A stretch of DNA of 64,000 nt from Candidatus Limnocylindrales bacterium (lineage in GTDB: Bacteria; Chloroflexota; Limnocylindria; Limnocylindrales; CSP1-4), in NCBI GenBank assembly GCA_035693125.1, contig DASSHB010000039.1, positions 613 through 64,612 of the forward strand, written 5' to 3'. The position numbers and the translations under genes are program-made. The notes beneath the pieces are model-generated. The model did not search any database and was not told the origin of the DNA. It saw nothing but the letters and a program-made list of their open reading frames with translations. This document shows positions 18,982-28,695 of this stretch, piece after piece; the stretch's first letter is position 1; each line of letters opens with the position of its first letter.

Positions 18982-20157
18982 GTGCCATCGATGCCGGACG
19001 ACCCGCTCCTCGTCTTCGGCCCGCGGTCGACCGACTACGACTTCGGTCCGTCGCATCCGTTGACGCCGCGCCGGTTCGGGCCCGGCATCGACCTGCTGCG
19101 CGCCCTCGGCGCGGAGGCCGGCCTGGCACCGGAGCCGGCATCCGACGACGACCTCCGGCTGTGCCACACCCCTGCCTACATCGACGTCGTCCGGCGTTTC
19201 TCGGAGGCCGACCACGGCTGGATGGAGCCTGAGGCCGGGATCGGGCCGTTCGGCGACAACCCGCCGTTCCACGGGATGCACGATGCCGCGGCGGCCGTCG
19301 CCGGTGGCTCGCTGCGGGCGATCGAGGCGATCATCGAGGGGCGTGTCGAGCACGCATTCCATCCGGGGGGCGGGCTCCACCACGCGATGCCGGGTCGGGC
19401 CTCGGGGTTCTGCATCTACGACGACCCGGCCCTGGCGGTCGCGCGGGCCCGGCAGCGGGACCTGCGCGTCCTGTACGTGGACCTGGATGTCCATCATGGC
19501 GACGGGGTCGAGGCGATCCATGCGGCCGACCCGGGGGTCCTGACCGTGTCGTTCCACGAGACGGGGCGGTCCCTGTTCCCCGGGACGGGTTTCACCGACG
19601 AGATCGGCTCGGGCGATGCCGTCGGGACGGTCGTCAACGTGCCGCTGCCGCCCGGGACCGGCGACCGGGCCTGGCTCGGAGCGGTGACGTCGTTGCTCCC
19701 CGACCTGGCTGCCGCGTTCCGGCCCGCGGTCGTGGTCTCCCAGCACGGCGCCGATTCGCACGCCTGGGACCCGCTTGCGCACCTCGACAACACGGTGACG
19801 GCGATGGGCGCCGCCGCGCGCCTCGTCCACGACCTCGCTCACGTGCACGCCGGCGGCCGCTGGCTCGCGACAGGCGGCGGTGGCTATGACGCGTACCGCG
19901 TCGTCCCCCGAACATGGTCGCTCGTGTGGCTGGCGATGGCCCATCGCGACGTCCCGGCCGAGACGCCCGCGGCCTGGCGCGAGCGTTGGGCGACCGAGGC
20001 CGCGCGGTACGGCCAGGCACCACTGCCACGGACCTTCGAGGACGCGCCGACCGCCACCGACCCGGCGGCGGTCCGGGCGATCGAACGGACGGTCGACGCC
20101 GTCCGCTCGGCGGTCCTGCCCTCCCTCTCGGCCCTCGGCGAGCGGGCAGGCCCATGA
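18982..20157 (+). CDS. histone deacetylase-family amidohydrolase (acetoin utilisation protein AcuC / acetylpolyamine amidohydrolase-like)
   Basis: Class I/II HDAC motifs 'GGGLHHAMPGRASGFCIYDD', 'DLDVHHGDGVE' and 'SFHETGRSLFPGTG'. Confidence 0.8.
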   Translation: MPSMPDDPLLVFGPRSTDYDFGPSHPLTPRRFGPGIDLLRALGAEAGLAPEPASDDDLRLCHTPAYIDVVRRFSEADHGWMEPEAGIGPFGDNPPFHGMHDAAAAVAGGSLRAIEAIIEGRVEHAFHPGGGLHHAMPGRASGFCIYDDPALAVARARQRDLRVLYVDLDVHHGDGVEAIHAADPGVLTVSFHETGRSLFPGTGFTDEIGSGDAVGTVVNVPLPPGTGDRAWLGAVTSLLPDLAAAFRPAVVVSQHGADSHAWDPLAHLDNTVTAMGAAARLVHDLAHVHAGGRWLATGGGGYDAYRVVPRTWSLVWLAMAHRDVPAETPAAWRERWATEAARYGQAPLPRTFEDAPTATDPAAVRAIERTVDAVRSAVLPSLSALGERAGP

Positions 20158-20215
20158 CGGCGAACGGCCCGGATCCGCGGGGACCCGGACCGTTCCGTCG
20201 GTGTGGCGACCTGGC

Positions 20216-20980
20216 TCAGCGGATCACCGGCGCGGTCCCGCGCGACGCGACCGGCGCTCGCCATGGGGTGCCGAGGAACGGCAGCAGGTAGCGATCCAGG
20301 CCGTAGTAGCCGGCCACCTTCCAACCGAGCATCAATCCGACGGCCATCGTGAACAGGACCGGATTCGTGGACGCGGAGCCGGCGAGCAGGAACGACATGT
20401 TCATCAGCGCGCCGAAGAACGCGGCGACGCCGGTCAGCGCCCCGAGGAGCAGCCCGATCCCGATCGCCATCTCGCCGAACGTGACGAGCCAGGCGAACCA
20501 GGTCTCGTGGTGCCCGTTCAACAGGAGGTTGATGAAGTCGCGGTACCACTCGAAGGAGATCGGCGGCTTGCCCTTGTCCGGCATCGCCACCGCGCCCTGC
20601 CAGTACGCGGCGAGCGCGGAACCGCCATCGAGCCAACCGCCGCCGGTCATCTTGTGCCAGCTCGCTTCGATCCACGAGAAGCCCAGGAACAGGCGGATCG
20701 GCAGCCAGAACAGGCCGGCCTGCGTGTTCGAGAAGAGGTACCGGGCGAAGGCGGGTCCTTCGACCTGGACCTCGGTCGCGCCCGCCTCCTTGCGGTCGCG
20801 GAACATCAGCACCACGACGGCGATGAAGAGGACCCAGAACGCGACCGTCGCGACCGTTCGCACGGCGTCGCTGATGTTCTCCGGGTTGAACCAGGGGTTC
20901 TCCATCCAGAACAGGATGAGGGCGGCCACGACCCCGAGGCCGGTGACCATCCGCCGATCGGTGCGCATCAGATCCTCCAC
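20216..20980 (-). CDS. integral membrane protein, DoxX-like
   Basis: 254 aa with several TM helices. 'TQAGLFWLPIRLFLGFSWIEASWHKM' resembles a DoxX/TQO small-subunit fold. Assignment is tentative. Confidence 0.4.
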   Translation of the reverse strand: MEDLMRTDRRMVTGLGVVAALILFWMENPWFNPENISDAVRTVATVAFWVLFIAVVVLMFRDRKEAGATEVQVEGPAFARYLFSNTQAGLFWLPIRLFLGFSWIEASWHKMTGGGWLDGGSALAAYWQGAVAMPDKGKPPISFEWYRDFINLLLNGHHETWFAWLVTFGEMAIGIGLLLGALTGVAAFFGALMNMSFLLAGSASTNPVLFTMAVGLMLGWKVAGYYGLDRYLLPFLGTPWRAPVASRGTAPVIR

Positions 20981-21155
20981 TGGCGAGGCACCACCGAGCC
21001 GGCGTCGGCGAGGTGCGGGACATCTGCTCGATCGTCCGGCCCGCTTCGATGCCGGTCGCGGGTCCGTTGGCCCGTCCTCAGGGGCCGATCCGCCCGATCC
21101 GCGCGACGCCGATCGGGCCGGGTTGTCCAGATTCTGCCGCTTCCGGAGTCCGGCT

Positions 21156-21932
21156 TCACCGCCCGACGCGCACCCGCCGGGGTGGACCGTCGAGGATCGT
21201 CACCCGGCCGCGCTCCACCCGGGCCCAGAGGATCGTCGGCCCGGGCCATCGGTTCGAGGGATTGCGCAGCGCCGCCAGGGCCGCGGACGAGGAGCCCGGG
21301 AACGCCGCTCGCAGGGTTTCCTCGAACGCTCGAACAACCTCGCGATTGGCCGCCGTGGTGCGAAGGACGAGCAGTCGCGAAATCGGAACGGACGGCCGGC
21401 CTGCCGAGAGCATCGACCAAGCCGTTGAGGACGGCAGCGCCTCAGCTTTCGCCTCGCCCCACCGGATCTGCTGTTCGAGGCGGCGGATTGCCGACTGGAT
21501 CTCCGTGGCAATCACCAGTTCGCCGGGATTCGCGAACACCGCATCGATGACACCGCGAACGGGGCGCCAGACAGGCACCTCGACCAAGCGCTTCCAATCG
21601 CGATGGATCTCACCAAGCAGGGCCTCGCCGATCGGCGCCTGGATATGATCACGGATCCTCGGTCCAGCGCTGGGAAACAGGCGGACGCTGACGTCGGCGC
21701 CCAGAACGTCCGCGACCGCCCACAGCGTCGCGAGACTCGCCTCGACCACTCCGCGTTCGATCTCCGAGAGGTGCCCTGGGGTCAGGCGGGCCGCCGCGGC
21801 CACCGCTCGTAGCGAGAGGTGAGCGTCCTCGCGGAGCCGGTGGAGCTCCTCGCCGATGGCACGCCGGCCCTGCTCGGCGCGACGTCCGCTGGTCGTCCGA
21901 AGGTCGCGCCGGCTGAGTGCGCTTCGGGTCAT
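21156..21932 (-). CDS. XRE-family helix-turn-helix transcriptional regulator (~258 aa)
   Basis: HTH 'LHRLREDAHLSLRAVAAAARLTPGHLSEIERGVVEAS'. The six-frame ORF reaches 22388, but that N-terminal extension is Arg/Pro/Gly junk. The ATG at 21930-21932 (MTRSALSRR...) gives a typical length. It is divergent from lhr. Confidence 0.65.
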   Translation of the reverse strand: MTRSALSRRDLRTTSGRRAEQGRRAIGEELHRLREDAHLSLRAVAAAARLTPGHLSEIERGVVEASLATLWAVADVLGADVSVRLFPSAGPRIRDHIQAPIGEALLGEIHRDWKRLVEVPVWRPVRGVIDAVFANPGELVIATEIQSAIRRLEQQIRWGEAKAEALPSSTAWSMLSAGRPSVPISRLLVLRTTAANREVVRAFEETLRAAFPGSSSAALAALRNPSNRWPGPTILWARVERGRVTILDGPPRRVRVGR

Positions 21933-22175
21933 CCGTGCATCCAACACGGCGGGGCTTATCGGTCGCGTATCGGATCGACCGGCGTTCGGTTTCACCGGAC
22001 GAATTGCGGCGCTGAGGTCCGCCGCCGCCGCCGTCCGACTCGTTCGTTCGGGCACAGCGATCATCTCGCCTGCTGGGCCGGTCTGGTGACCCAAACGCGG
22101 GAAAACGTCGGGTGTCACCGAACACCCGGGGCGGCGGGGCGACCCGCGACGCGCGACCCGCCACGCTCGAGGATT

Positions 22176-22213
22176 TCGAACGGGTGGTCGAATTGGCGAC
22201 TCGCCCCTATACT
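22176..22213 (+). promoter_or_regulatory. candidate LexA (SOS) box TCGAACgggtGGTCGA overlapping the -35 region, with a TATACT -10 hexamer, upstream of a leaderless lhr start
   Basis: TCGAAC-N4-GGTCGA at 22176-22191 differs at one position from the actinobacterial SOS-box consensus TCGAAC-N4-GTTCGA. TATACT at 22208-22213 lies 10 nt before the GTG at 22224. Confidence 0.4.
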
Positions 22214-22223
22214 CGCTGGTCCC

Positions 22224-25200
22224 GTGGCCACCGTGACGCTCCCACCCCGCGACGCTGCCACCAACGATCCGCTGGCGCCGTTCTCGCCGGCCGTCCGGGC
22301 CTGGTTCGAGGGGTCGTTCGCGGCGCCCACCCAGGCCCAGGCCGAGGGCTGGGCGGCGATCAGCCAGGGCCACCACACGCTGATCCACGCGCCGACGGGC
22401 AGCGGCAAGACGCTGGCCGCCTTCCTCTGGACCCTCGACCGCCTCGCGACCAGTCCGCCGCGACCCGCGCCCACTCGCGCCGACCCGGGCACGGTCCGGG
22501 TCCTGTACGTCAGCCCGCTCAAGGCCCTGACCTACGACGTCGAACGGAACCTGCGGGCGCCCCTCGCGGGGATCGGCCTGGCCGCGGCCCGCCTGGGGGC
22601 GCCGGTCCCCGACATCACGGTCGCCAGCCGCACCGGTGACACGCCGCAGGAGGACCGGCGGAATCTCGCCCGCCGCCCACCCGACATCCTGATCACGACC
22701 CCGGAGAGCCTGTACCTCCTCCTAACGAGCCAGGCCCGCGACATCCTGCGCGGCGTCGAGCACGTGATCGTCGACGAGGTCCACGCGATCGCCGGATCCA
22801 AGCGCGGCGCCCACCTGGCCCTGAGCCTCGAGCGACTCGAGCGGCTCGTGACCCAGAAGGAGGGGGCGAAACCGCCGCAGCGGATCGGCCTCAGCGCCAC
22901 CCAACGACCGCTCGAGCTGATCGCGGCCTTCCTCGGCGGCGTCGGGCCGGATCGCCAGGTGACGGTGGTCGACGCCGGCGCGCGCAAGCCGCTAGACCTC
23001 CAGGTGATCGTCCCGATCGAGGACATGACGGCTCCCGGTCAGGTCCTGCCGCTCGACGAGCAGCCGGGCGGCCCGGCGGCGGGTCCCGAGGCGCGCGCCA
23101 GCATCTGGCCGGCGATCCACCCCCGGATCCTCGAGCTGATCCGGACCCATCGCAGCACGATCGTCTTCACGAACAGCCGGCGCCTGAGCGAGCGACTCGC
23201 CCAGCGCCTGAACGAGCTTGCCGGCGAGGAGCTCGTCCGCGCCCACCACGGCAGCGTCGCCCGTGAGCAGCGCGTCCAGATCGAGGAGGACCTCAAGGCG
23301 GGCCGCGTCCCGGCGATCGTCGCGACGAGCTCGCTCGAGCTCGGGATCGACATGGGCGCGGTCGATCTCGTCGTCCAGGTCGAGAGCCCCACCTCGGTCG
23401 CGAGCGGCCTGCAACGGGTCGGCCGCGCCGGGCACCAGGTCGGCGCGCCGAGCAAGGGCGTGATCTTCCCGAAGTTCCGGGGCGATCTTCTGGAGGCCGC
23501 GGTCGTGGCCCGCCGGATGCACGAGGGCGCGATCGAATCGACGACGATCCCGCGCAATCCGCTTGACGTGCTCGCCCAGCAGCTCGTCGCGATGACCGTG
23601 ATGGACCCCATGCCGGTCGACGAGATCCTGGCGACGGTCACGCGGGCGACACCGTACGAGACGCTGAGCCGCGAGGTCCTCGAGGGCGTCCTGGGGATGC
23701 TCGCCGGCGCCTACCCGAGCGACGAGTTCGCCGAGCTGAAGCCGCGGGTCACCTGGGATCGCACCACCGACGTCGTCGCCGGCCGCCGTGACGCCCGCGT
23801 CGTGGCGGTGACGAGCGGCGGGACGATCCCCGATCGCGGGCTGTTCGGGGTGTTCATGGTCGGCGAGGCCGGGACGCCGGGCCGGCGGGTCGGTGAGCTC
23901 GACGAGGAGATGGTCTACGAGAGCCGCGCCGGCGAGGTGATCACGCTCGGGGCGAGCAGCTGGCGGATCGAGGAGATCGGCCACGACCGCGTGACCGTGT
24001 CGCCCGCACCCGGCGTTCCGGGCAAGCTGCCGTTCTGGCACGGCGACGCGGTGGGCCGGCCGATCGAGCTGGGCCGGGCGCTCGGGGTGTTCGTCGGCGA
24101 GGCAGAGGCCGATCTGGGCGGCGGCGCCAGGGGCCGGGCCGGCACGATCGCCCGACTCCGCGAACACCACGACCTCGATGCGCTGGCGGCCGAGAACCTC
24201 GTCGCCTACCTCGAGGACGAGCGCGAAGCCGCCGGCGCCCTGCCCACCGACAAGCGCGTCGTCGTCCAGCGCTTCCGCGACGAGCTCGGCGACTGGCGGC
24301 TCGTCATCCTGACCCCGTTCGGTGGCCGGGTCCACGCGCCGTGGTCGCTCGCCCTCGAGGCCCGCCTCGGCGAGCGCCTGGCCGGCGAGGTCCGGACGAT
24401 CTGGTCCGACGACGGGATCGCGATCCGCCTGCCCGACGGCGACGACGTCGTGTCCGTGGCGGAGGAGCTCCTCTTCCCCGACCCCGAGGACGTCGAGGAC
24501 GTGGTCGTCGGCCAGGTCGCCAGCTCGGCCCTCTTCGCGTCGCGGTTCCGCGAGAACGCGGCCCGGGCCCTCCTCCTGCCGCGCCGCCGGCCGGGGACGC
24601 GAACGCCGCTCTGGCAGCAACGCCAGCGCGCCGCGGATCTGCTCGCCGTCGCCAGTCGCTACGGCAGCTTCCCGATCCTGGTCGAGACCTACCGCGAGGT
24701 GCTCTCCGACGTCTTCGACCTGCCGGCCCTGCGCGACGTCCTGGCCGGGATCGCCCGGCGCGACATCACCGTCCACAGCGTCGAGACCCAGCGGGCCAGC
24801 CCGTTCGCCAGCTCGCTGCTCTTCGACTACGTCGCCGCCTACATGTACGACGGGGACGCCCCGCTCGCCGAGCGGCGGGCCGGCGCCCTGACCCTCGACC
24901 GCGACCTGCTCCGCGAGCTGCTCGGCCAGGAGGAGCTTCGCGAGCTGCTCGATCCGGACGCGCTCGCCGACCTGGAGCTCAGTCTCCAGGCACTCACCGA
25001 GGATCGCCGCGCCACGACCGCGGATCAGCTCCACGACCTGCTCCGGCGGCTGGGCGATCTCTCCGATGACGAGCTCGCGGCCCGAGCGGAGGGAGGCACC
25101 GCGAGCGCGGACGCGTGGCTCCGCGAGCTCGTGGCGTCGCGCCGGGCGGTGGCGGCCCGGATCGCGGGCGACGATCGCTGGATCGCGATCGAGGATGTCG

Positions 25201-26846
25201 CGCGCTACCGCGACGGCGTCGGCGTTGCGCCGCCGGTCGGCGTCCCGGAGGCCTTCCTCGTCCCGGCGGCGGCGGCCCTCGACGGGCTGCTCGCGCGCTG
25301 GGCTCGGACGCACGGCCCGTTCCTCGCGCCCGAGCCAGCCAGACGCTGGGGCCTCCCGATCGGGATCGTCGAGGATGCCCTGGAACGACTGGCGGCCGCG
25401 GGGACGATCCTGCGCGGCGAGTTTCGCCCGGGCGGCGCGGAGCGGGAATGGATCGATCCCGACGTGCTGCGGCTGCTCCGGCGTCGCTCGCTGGCGCGGC
25501 TCCGGCGCGATGTCGAGCCCGTGGATCCCGCTGCGTACGCCCGGTTCCTGCCGGCCTGGCACGGCGTGTCGCCCCTCGGCGAGGCGGGCCCACCGCTCCG
25601 CCAGGAAGCCGCACTCGAGCGGCTCGCCGAGGTCGTCGACCAGCTCGCGGGGGTGTCGCTCCCCGCGAGCGTCCTCGAGCGCGACATCCTCCCGGCCCGG
25701 GTCCCCGGCTACCAGCCGCGCCTGCTCGACGAGCTGGGTGCGCTCGGCGAGGTCCGCTGGGTGGGACGCGGCAGCCTGGGCCGTGATGACGGCCGGATCG
25801 CGCTGATCCGCCCCGGCCGCGAGCTCATCGCCCCGGCGGCCCCCTCGGATGGCGGCGATCCGGCCGCTCGCCCGTCGGACGCACGCCACGAGCGGATCCG
25901 CGAGCACCTGGCCGCCCGGGGCGCTTCGTTCTATCGCGAGCTGCACGCCGCAGCCGGGGGTGGCTCCGACCGGGACGTGCTCGACGCGCTGTGGGATCTG
26001 GTCTGGGCCGGCGAGGTCACGAACGACACCTTCGCGCCGCTCCGGGCGCTGCGCTGGAAGCGGACCGCGCGCGACGCTCGTGGGGCGCGCCGTCCGAGCC
26101 GCCTGACATCCCTCGGTCCGCCCGAGGCGGCCGGCCGCTGGTCGCTCGTGCCGGCGGCCACCGGCACGCCGACGGAACGGCTCCACGCGACGGCGCTCGC
26201 CCTGCTCGACCGGCACGGGATCGTCACCCGGGACGCCGTTGTCGCCGAGGGCGTCGAAGGCGGCTTCTCGGGCATCTATCCGATCCTGCGGGCCCTCGAG
26301 GAGGCCGGCCGGATCCGGCGCGGTTACTTCATCGACGGCCTGGGCGCCGCCCAGTTCGCGCTCGCGGGCGCAATCGAGCGACTGCGTGCCGTTCGCGACG
26401 GCGCACGAGATCCGGGCGAACGGGAGGTGGTCGTCCTGGCCGCCGCCGATCCGGCCAACCCGTACGGTGCCGCGGTCCCGTGGCCGCGTAGAGGCGAGGC
26501 CGACCGGCGGCCGTTCCAACGGGCGGCGGGCGCGTCGGTCGTGCTGGTGGACGGCGTGGCCGCGATCTATGTCGATCGCGGTGGCGGCTCGCTCCAAACG
26601 CTGCCCGCGGCCGATGATCCGGAGGTGGCGGTCGTTGCGGCGGCGGCGCTTCACGCGTTGCTCGCCGATGGTCGAGCGCGAGAGGTGGTGATCACGAAGG
26701 TCGACGGGGAACCGGTCGCGACATCCCCCTTCCGGGAGGCGCTCGTCGCCGCGGGCTTCGTTGCCGGCTACCGAGGGCTGGTCCTGCGGCGCGCGGTGGA
26801 CCGGCCGGCCGCGCGCGTGCCCGCCCGGGCGTCCGGTTACCGCTGA
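22224..26846 (+). CDS. lhr: ATP-dependent DNA helicase Lhr (large helicase-related protein, long form ~1540 aa)
   Basis: 'AVRAWFEGSFAAPTQAQAEGWAAISQGHHTLIHAPTGSGKTLAAFL' is the Lhr N-terminus with the Walker A motif. DEAH box 'VIVDEVHAI'. Helicase motif VI 'QRVGRAGH'. A long C-terminal domain follows. The ORF opens at 21819 but overlaps the XRE gene. The in-frame GTG at 22224 (or 22233) lies 10 nt after a TATACT -10-like hexamer. Confidence 0.85.
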   Translation: MATVTLPPRDAATNDPLAPFSPAVRAWFEGSFAAPTQAQAEGWAAISQGHHTLIHAPTGSGKTLAAFLWTLDRLATSPPRPAPTRADPGTVRVLYVSPLKALTYDVERNLRAPLAGIGLAAARLGAPVPDITVASRTGDTPQEDRRNLARRPPDILITTPESLYLLLTSQARDILRGVEHVIVDEVHAIAGSKRGAHLALSLERLERLVTQKEGAKPPQRIGLSATQRPLELIAAFLGGVGPDRQVTVVDAGARKPLDLQVIVPIEDMTAPGQVLPLDEQPGGPAAGPEARASIWPAIHPRILELIRTHRSTIVFTNSRRLSERLAQRLNELAGEELVRAHHGSVAREQRVQIEEDLKAGRVPAIVATSSLELGIDMGAVDLVVQVESPTSVASGLQRVGRAGHQVGAPSKGVIFPKFRGDLLEAAVVARRMHEGAIESTTIPRNPLDVLAQQLVAMTVMDPMPVDEILATVTRATPYETLSREVLEGVLGMLAGAYPSDEFAELKPRVTWDRTTDVVAGRRDARVVAVTSGGTIPDRGLFGVFMVGEAGTPGRRVGELDEEMVYESRAGEVITLGASSWRIEEIGHDRVTVSPAPGVPGKLPFWHGDAVGRPIELGRALGVFVGEAEADLGGGARGRAGTIARLREHHDLDALAAENLVAYLEDEREAAGALPTDKRVVVQRFRDELGDWRLVILTPFGGRVHAPWSLALEARLGERLAGEVRTIWSDDGIAIRLPDGDDVVSVAEELLFPDPEDVEDVVVGQVASSALFASRFRENAARALLLPRRRPGTRTPLWQQRQRAADLLAVASRYGSFPILVETYREVLSDVFDLPALRDVLAGIARRDITVHSVETQRASPFASSLLFDYVAAYMYDGDAPLAERRAGALTLDRDLLRELLGQEELRELLDPDALADLELSLQALTEDRRATTADQLHDLLRRLGDLSDDELAARAEGGTASADAWLRELVASRRAVAARIAGDDRWIAIEDVARYRDGVGVAPPVGVPEAFLVPAAAALDGLLARWARTHGPFLAPEPARRWGLPIGIVEDALERLAAAGTILRGEFRPGGAEREWIDPDVLRLLRRRSLARLRRDVEPVDPAAYARFLPAWHGVSPLGEAGPPLRQEAALERLAEVVDQLAGVSLPASVLERDILPARVPGYQPRLLDELGALGEVRWVGRGSLGRDDGRIALIRPGRELIAPAAPSDGGDPAARPSDARHERIREHLAARGASFYRELHAAAGGGSDRDVLDALWDLVWAGEVTNDTFAPLRALRWKRTARDARGARRPSRLTSLGPPEAAGRWSLVPAATGTPTERLHATALALLDRHGIVTRDAVVAEGVEGGFSGIYPILRALEEAGRIRRGYFIDGLGAAQFALAGAIERLRAVRDGARDPGEREVVVLAAADPANPYGAAVPWPRRGEADRRPFQRAAGASVVLVDGVAAIYVDRGGGSLQTLPAADDPEVAVVAAAALHALLADGRAREVVITKVDGEPVATSPFREALVAAGFVAGYRGLVLRRAVDRPAARVPARASGYR

Positions 26847-26853
26847 CCCGCCC

Positions 26854-27672
26854 ATGCCCGAGGGCGACACGCTCCACCGGACCGCCAACGGCCTCTCGCC
26901 GCACCTGGTGGGTCGAGCCGTCACCGCCGCGCGCGTCCGGCCGGGCGGGCCCCAGGTCCAGCGGATCGTGGGGGCGACCATCAGCTCCGTCGAGGCGCTC
27001 GGCAAGAACCTCCTGATCCGCTTCGACAACGGTCTGGAGATCCGGACCCATCTCCGGATGAACGGCTCGTGGCACCGCTACCGTCCGGGCGAGCGCTGGC
27101 GGCGCTCGCCGGCCCGGGCCCGGCTCGTCCTGGAAGTCCCGGGCGCCGTGGCCGTCTGTTTCGACGCCCCCGTCGTGGAGCTCTTCGAGACCCGCGCGGA
27201 GGCGATCCATCCGACGTTCGCCGCGCTCGGCCCGGATCTGCTGGACGCGGCCTGGACGGACGCGCACGAGGACGAGGCCGTCCGCCGCCTGGCTGATCCA
27301 GACCGCGCCGCGCTCACGATCTCGGCGGCGCTCCTGGACCAGCGCGCGCTCGCCGGGATCGGCAACATCTGGCGGAACGAGACGCTTTTCCACGAACGGC
27401 TGGGGCCGTGGGTCCGAGTCGCCGATCTCGACGAGAGCGACCTCCGACGGCTCGTCCGGCGGGCCCGCGAGCTGCTCCGGGCGAGCGTCATCCTGCCTCC
27501 GGGCAGGTCACCGATGTGGGTGTATGGGCGGGCCGGCCGACCGTGCCGGCGCTGCGGCACCCTCGTGCGGTCGGCCCCACAGGACACCACCGTCGCGCGC
27601 ACGACGTACTGGTGCCCGGCGTGCCAGGCGGGAAACGGGAGTGACGATGGCGGCGATCGCCGTCCGCTGTGA
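26854..27672 (+). CDS. nei: Fpg/Nei-family DNA glycosylase (endonuclease VIII-like, Nei2-type)
   Basis: Begins 'MPEGDTLHRTA' (catalytic Pro2/Glu3). Ends with the zinc-finger 'CRRCGTLVRS...YWCPACQ'. Start is 8 bp after the lhr stop. This arrangement matches the mycobacterial Lhr-Nei2 operon. Confidence 0.8.
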   Translation: MPEGDTLHRTANGLSPHLVGRAVTAARVRPGGPQVQRIVGATISSVEALGKNLLIRFDNGLEIRTHLRMNGSWHRYRPGERWRRSPARARLVLEVPGAVAVCFDAPVVELFETRAEAIHPTFAALGPDLLDAAWTDAHEDEAVRRLADPDRAALTISAALLDQRALAGIGNIWRNETLFHERLGPWVRVADLDESDLRRLVRRARELLRASVILPPGRSPMWVYGRAGRPCRRCGTLVRSAPQDTTVARTTYWCPACQAGNGSDDGGDRRPL

Positions 27673-27946
27673 GGGCAGCCGCTCCACCGGCTGGACCTGC
27701 ACGGTCACCCTCCGTGAAGGCGGCCTCGAGATCTCGACCCACCGCGTCCGCGTCCAGGCCGACGATCTGCAGCGTCTCGCGCTGGACGCATCGGAGCCCT
27801 CCCGACTCGTGCAGGAGTCCTTCCGGTTTCTCCTCGAGCACGAGCCGCCCCAGATGATCCTGCGGGTCTTCGACCTGGCGGACATCGGCCGCTACTGCCC
27901 CGAGTACGAGCCGGACATCCGGCGCCGGATGGGGGGTCCGGCCTAG
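27647..27946 (+). CDS. small hypothetical protein (99 aa) overlapping the 3' end of nei
   Basis: The ATG at 27647 lies inside the last 26 nt of nei in another frame. Product MAAIAVRCEGSRSTGWTCTVTLREGG... has GC3-rich codons and two Cys pairs. The ORF upstream of this ATG (from 27524) is low-complexity and unlikely to be translated. Confidence 0.4.
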   Translation: MAAIAVRCEGSRSTGWTCTVTLREGGLEISTHRVRVQADDLQRLALDASEPSRLVQESFRFLLEHEPPQMILRVFDLADIGRYCPEYEPDIRRRMGGPA

Positions 27947-27981
27947 GGCCTGGGCGATCCGCGGTCGTATCATCGCCGCCG

Positions 27982-28695
27982 ATGTGTGAGCACTTCGTGG
28001 CCCGCGCGGGCGAGCCGTTCCGGCTCGACGAGCTGTGGCCGTTCACCGGGCAGCTGGAACGGTTCGGGATCGCCGGATTCGGCTGGGGCGCGGCCTGGCT
28101 CGGCGGCGACGGGCGCCTGGTGAGCCACCGCGACATCCGCGCGTTTCGCGACGACCCCGCGGCAGCGGACGTCGGCGCCACCGAGACGACGAGCGTCCTC
28201 GTCCATCTCCGGCGGCCCTCGAAGCTGTCGACTCTCCAGCTCTCCGACACCCAGCCGTTCGACGACCCCGCGGGCAGATTCGCGTTCAGCCACAACGGCG
28301 ACCTGCGCCGTTACGCCGACTTCCGACGGCGATATCGGGCCGAAGGCCGGATCCACGGCCGGGCCGACACGGAGGTCGGTGCGCGCTGGCTCGAGGATGC
28401 CTGGGGCGACTGCCCGACCGCCGGCGATGCGCTCCGCGCGCTCCACGGCACCTTCGAGGGGAAGGCCAACCTGGCAACGATCGATCGGGCCGGTGGCGTG
28501 GTCCACTACGCGGGCAACGACGAGAACCCGGTCTTCGCCTTCCGGCTCGGCCGGATCGGGCTGATCGCCACGGCCCTGTACTCGATCGATCGCTCGCTGT
28601 TCCAGCTCGTCGCCCCGGGCGCCACGGAGCGCCGGCTGGCGCGGCCCGGGGTCGCCCTGGGACTGGCCCCGGACGGGAGCGCCTTCGCCGCCTGA
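27982..28695 (+). CDS. class II (Ntn-type) glutamine amidotransferase-domain protein (YafJ/EgtC-like)
   Basis: N-terminal 'MCEHF' (Cys2 nucleophile after Met removal) and a ~237-aa length typical of stand-alone class-II GATase/amidohydrolase proteins. Confidence 0.5.
   Translation: MCEHFVARAGEPFRLDELWPFTGQLERFGIAGFGWGAAWLGGDGRLVSHRDIRAFRDDPAAADVGATETTSVLVHLRRPSKLSTLQLSDTQPFDDPAGRFAFSHNGDLRRYADFRRRYRAEGRIHGRADTEVGARWLEDAWGDCPTAGDALRALHGTFEGKANLATIDRAGGVVHYAGNDENPVFAFRLGRIGLIATALYSIDRSLFQLVAPGATERRLARPGVALGLAPDGSAFAA

Noticed and set aside
20158-20215. Near-palindrome CCCGGATCCGCGGG in the convergent gap between the acuC-like gene and the DoxX-like gene, as a possible bidirectional terminator.
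   Set aside because: The arms are not truly complementary (CCCGGATCCGCGGG versus its reverse complement CCCGCGGATCCGGG), and no U-tract follows.
21933-22223. Mycobacterial PafBC/RecA-NDp-type promoter motif upstream of lhr.
   Set aside because: A TGTCA-containing segment (gggTGTCAccgaacacccg) is present. But the required spacing to a TAnnnT hexamer is not met, so I could not support it. The LexA-like box is a better fit.
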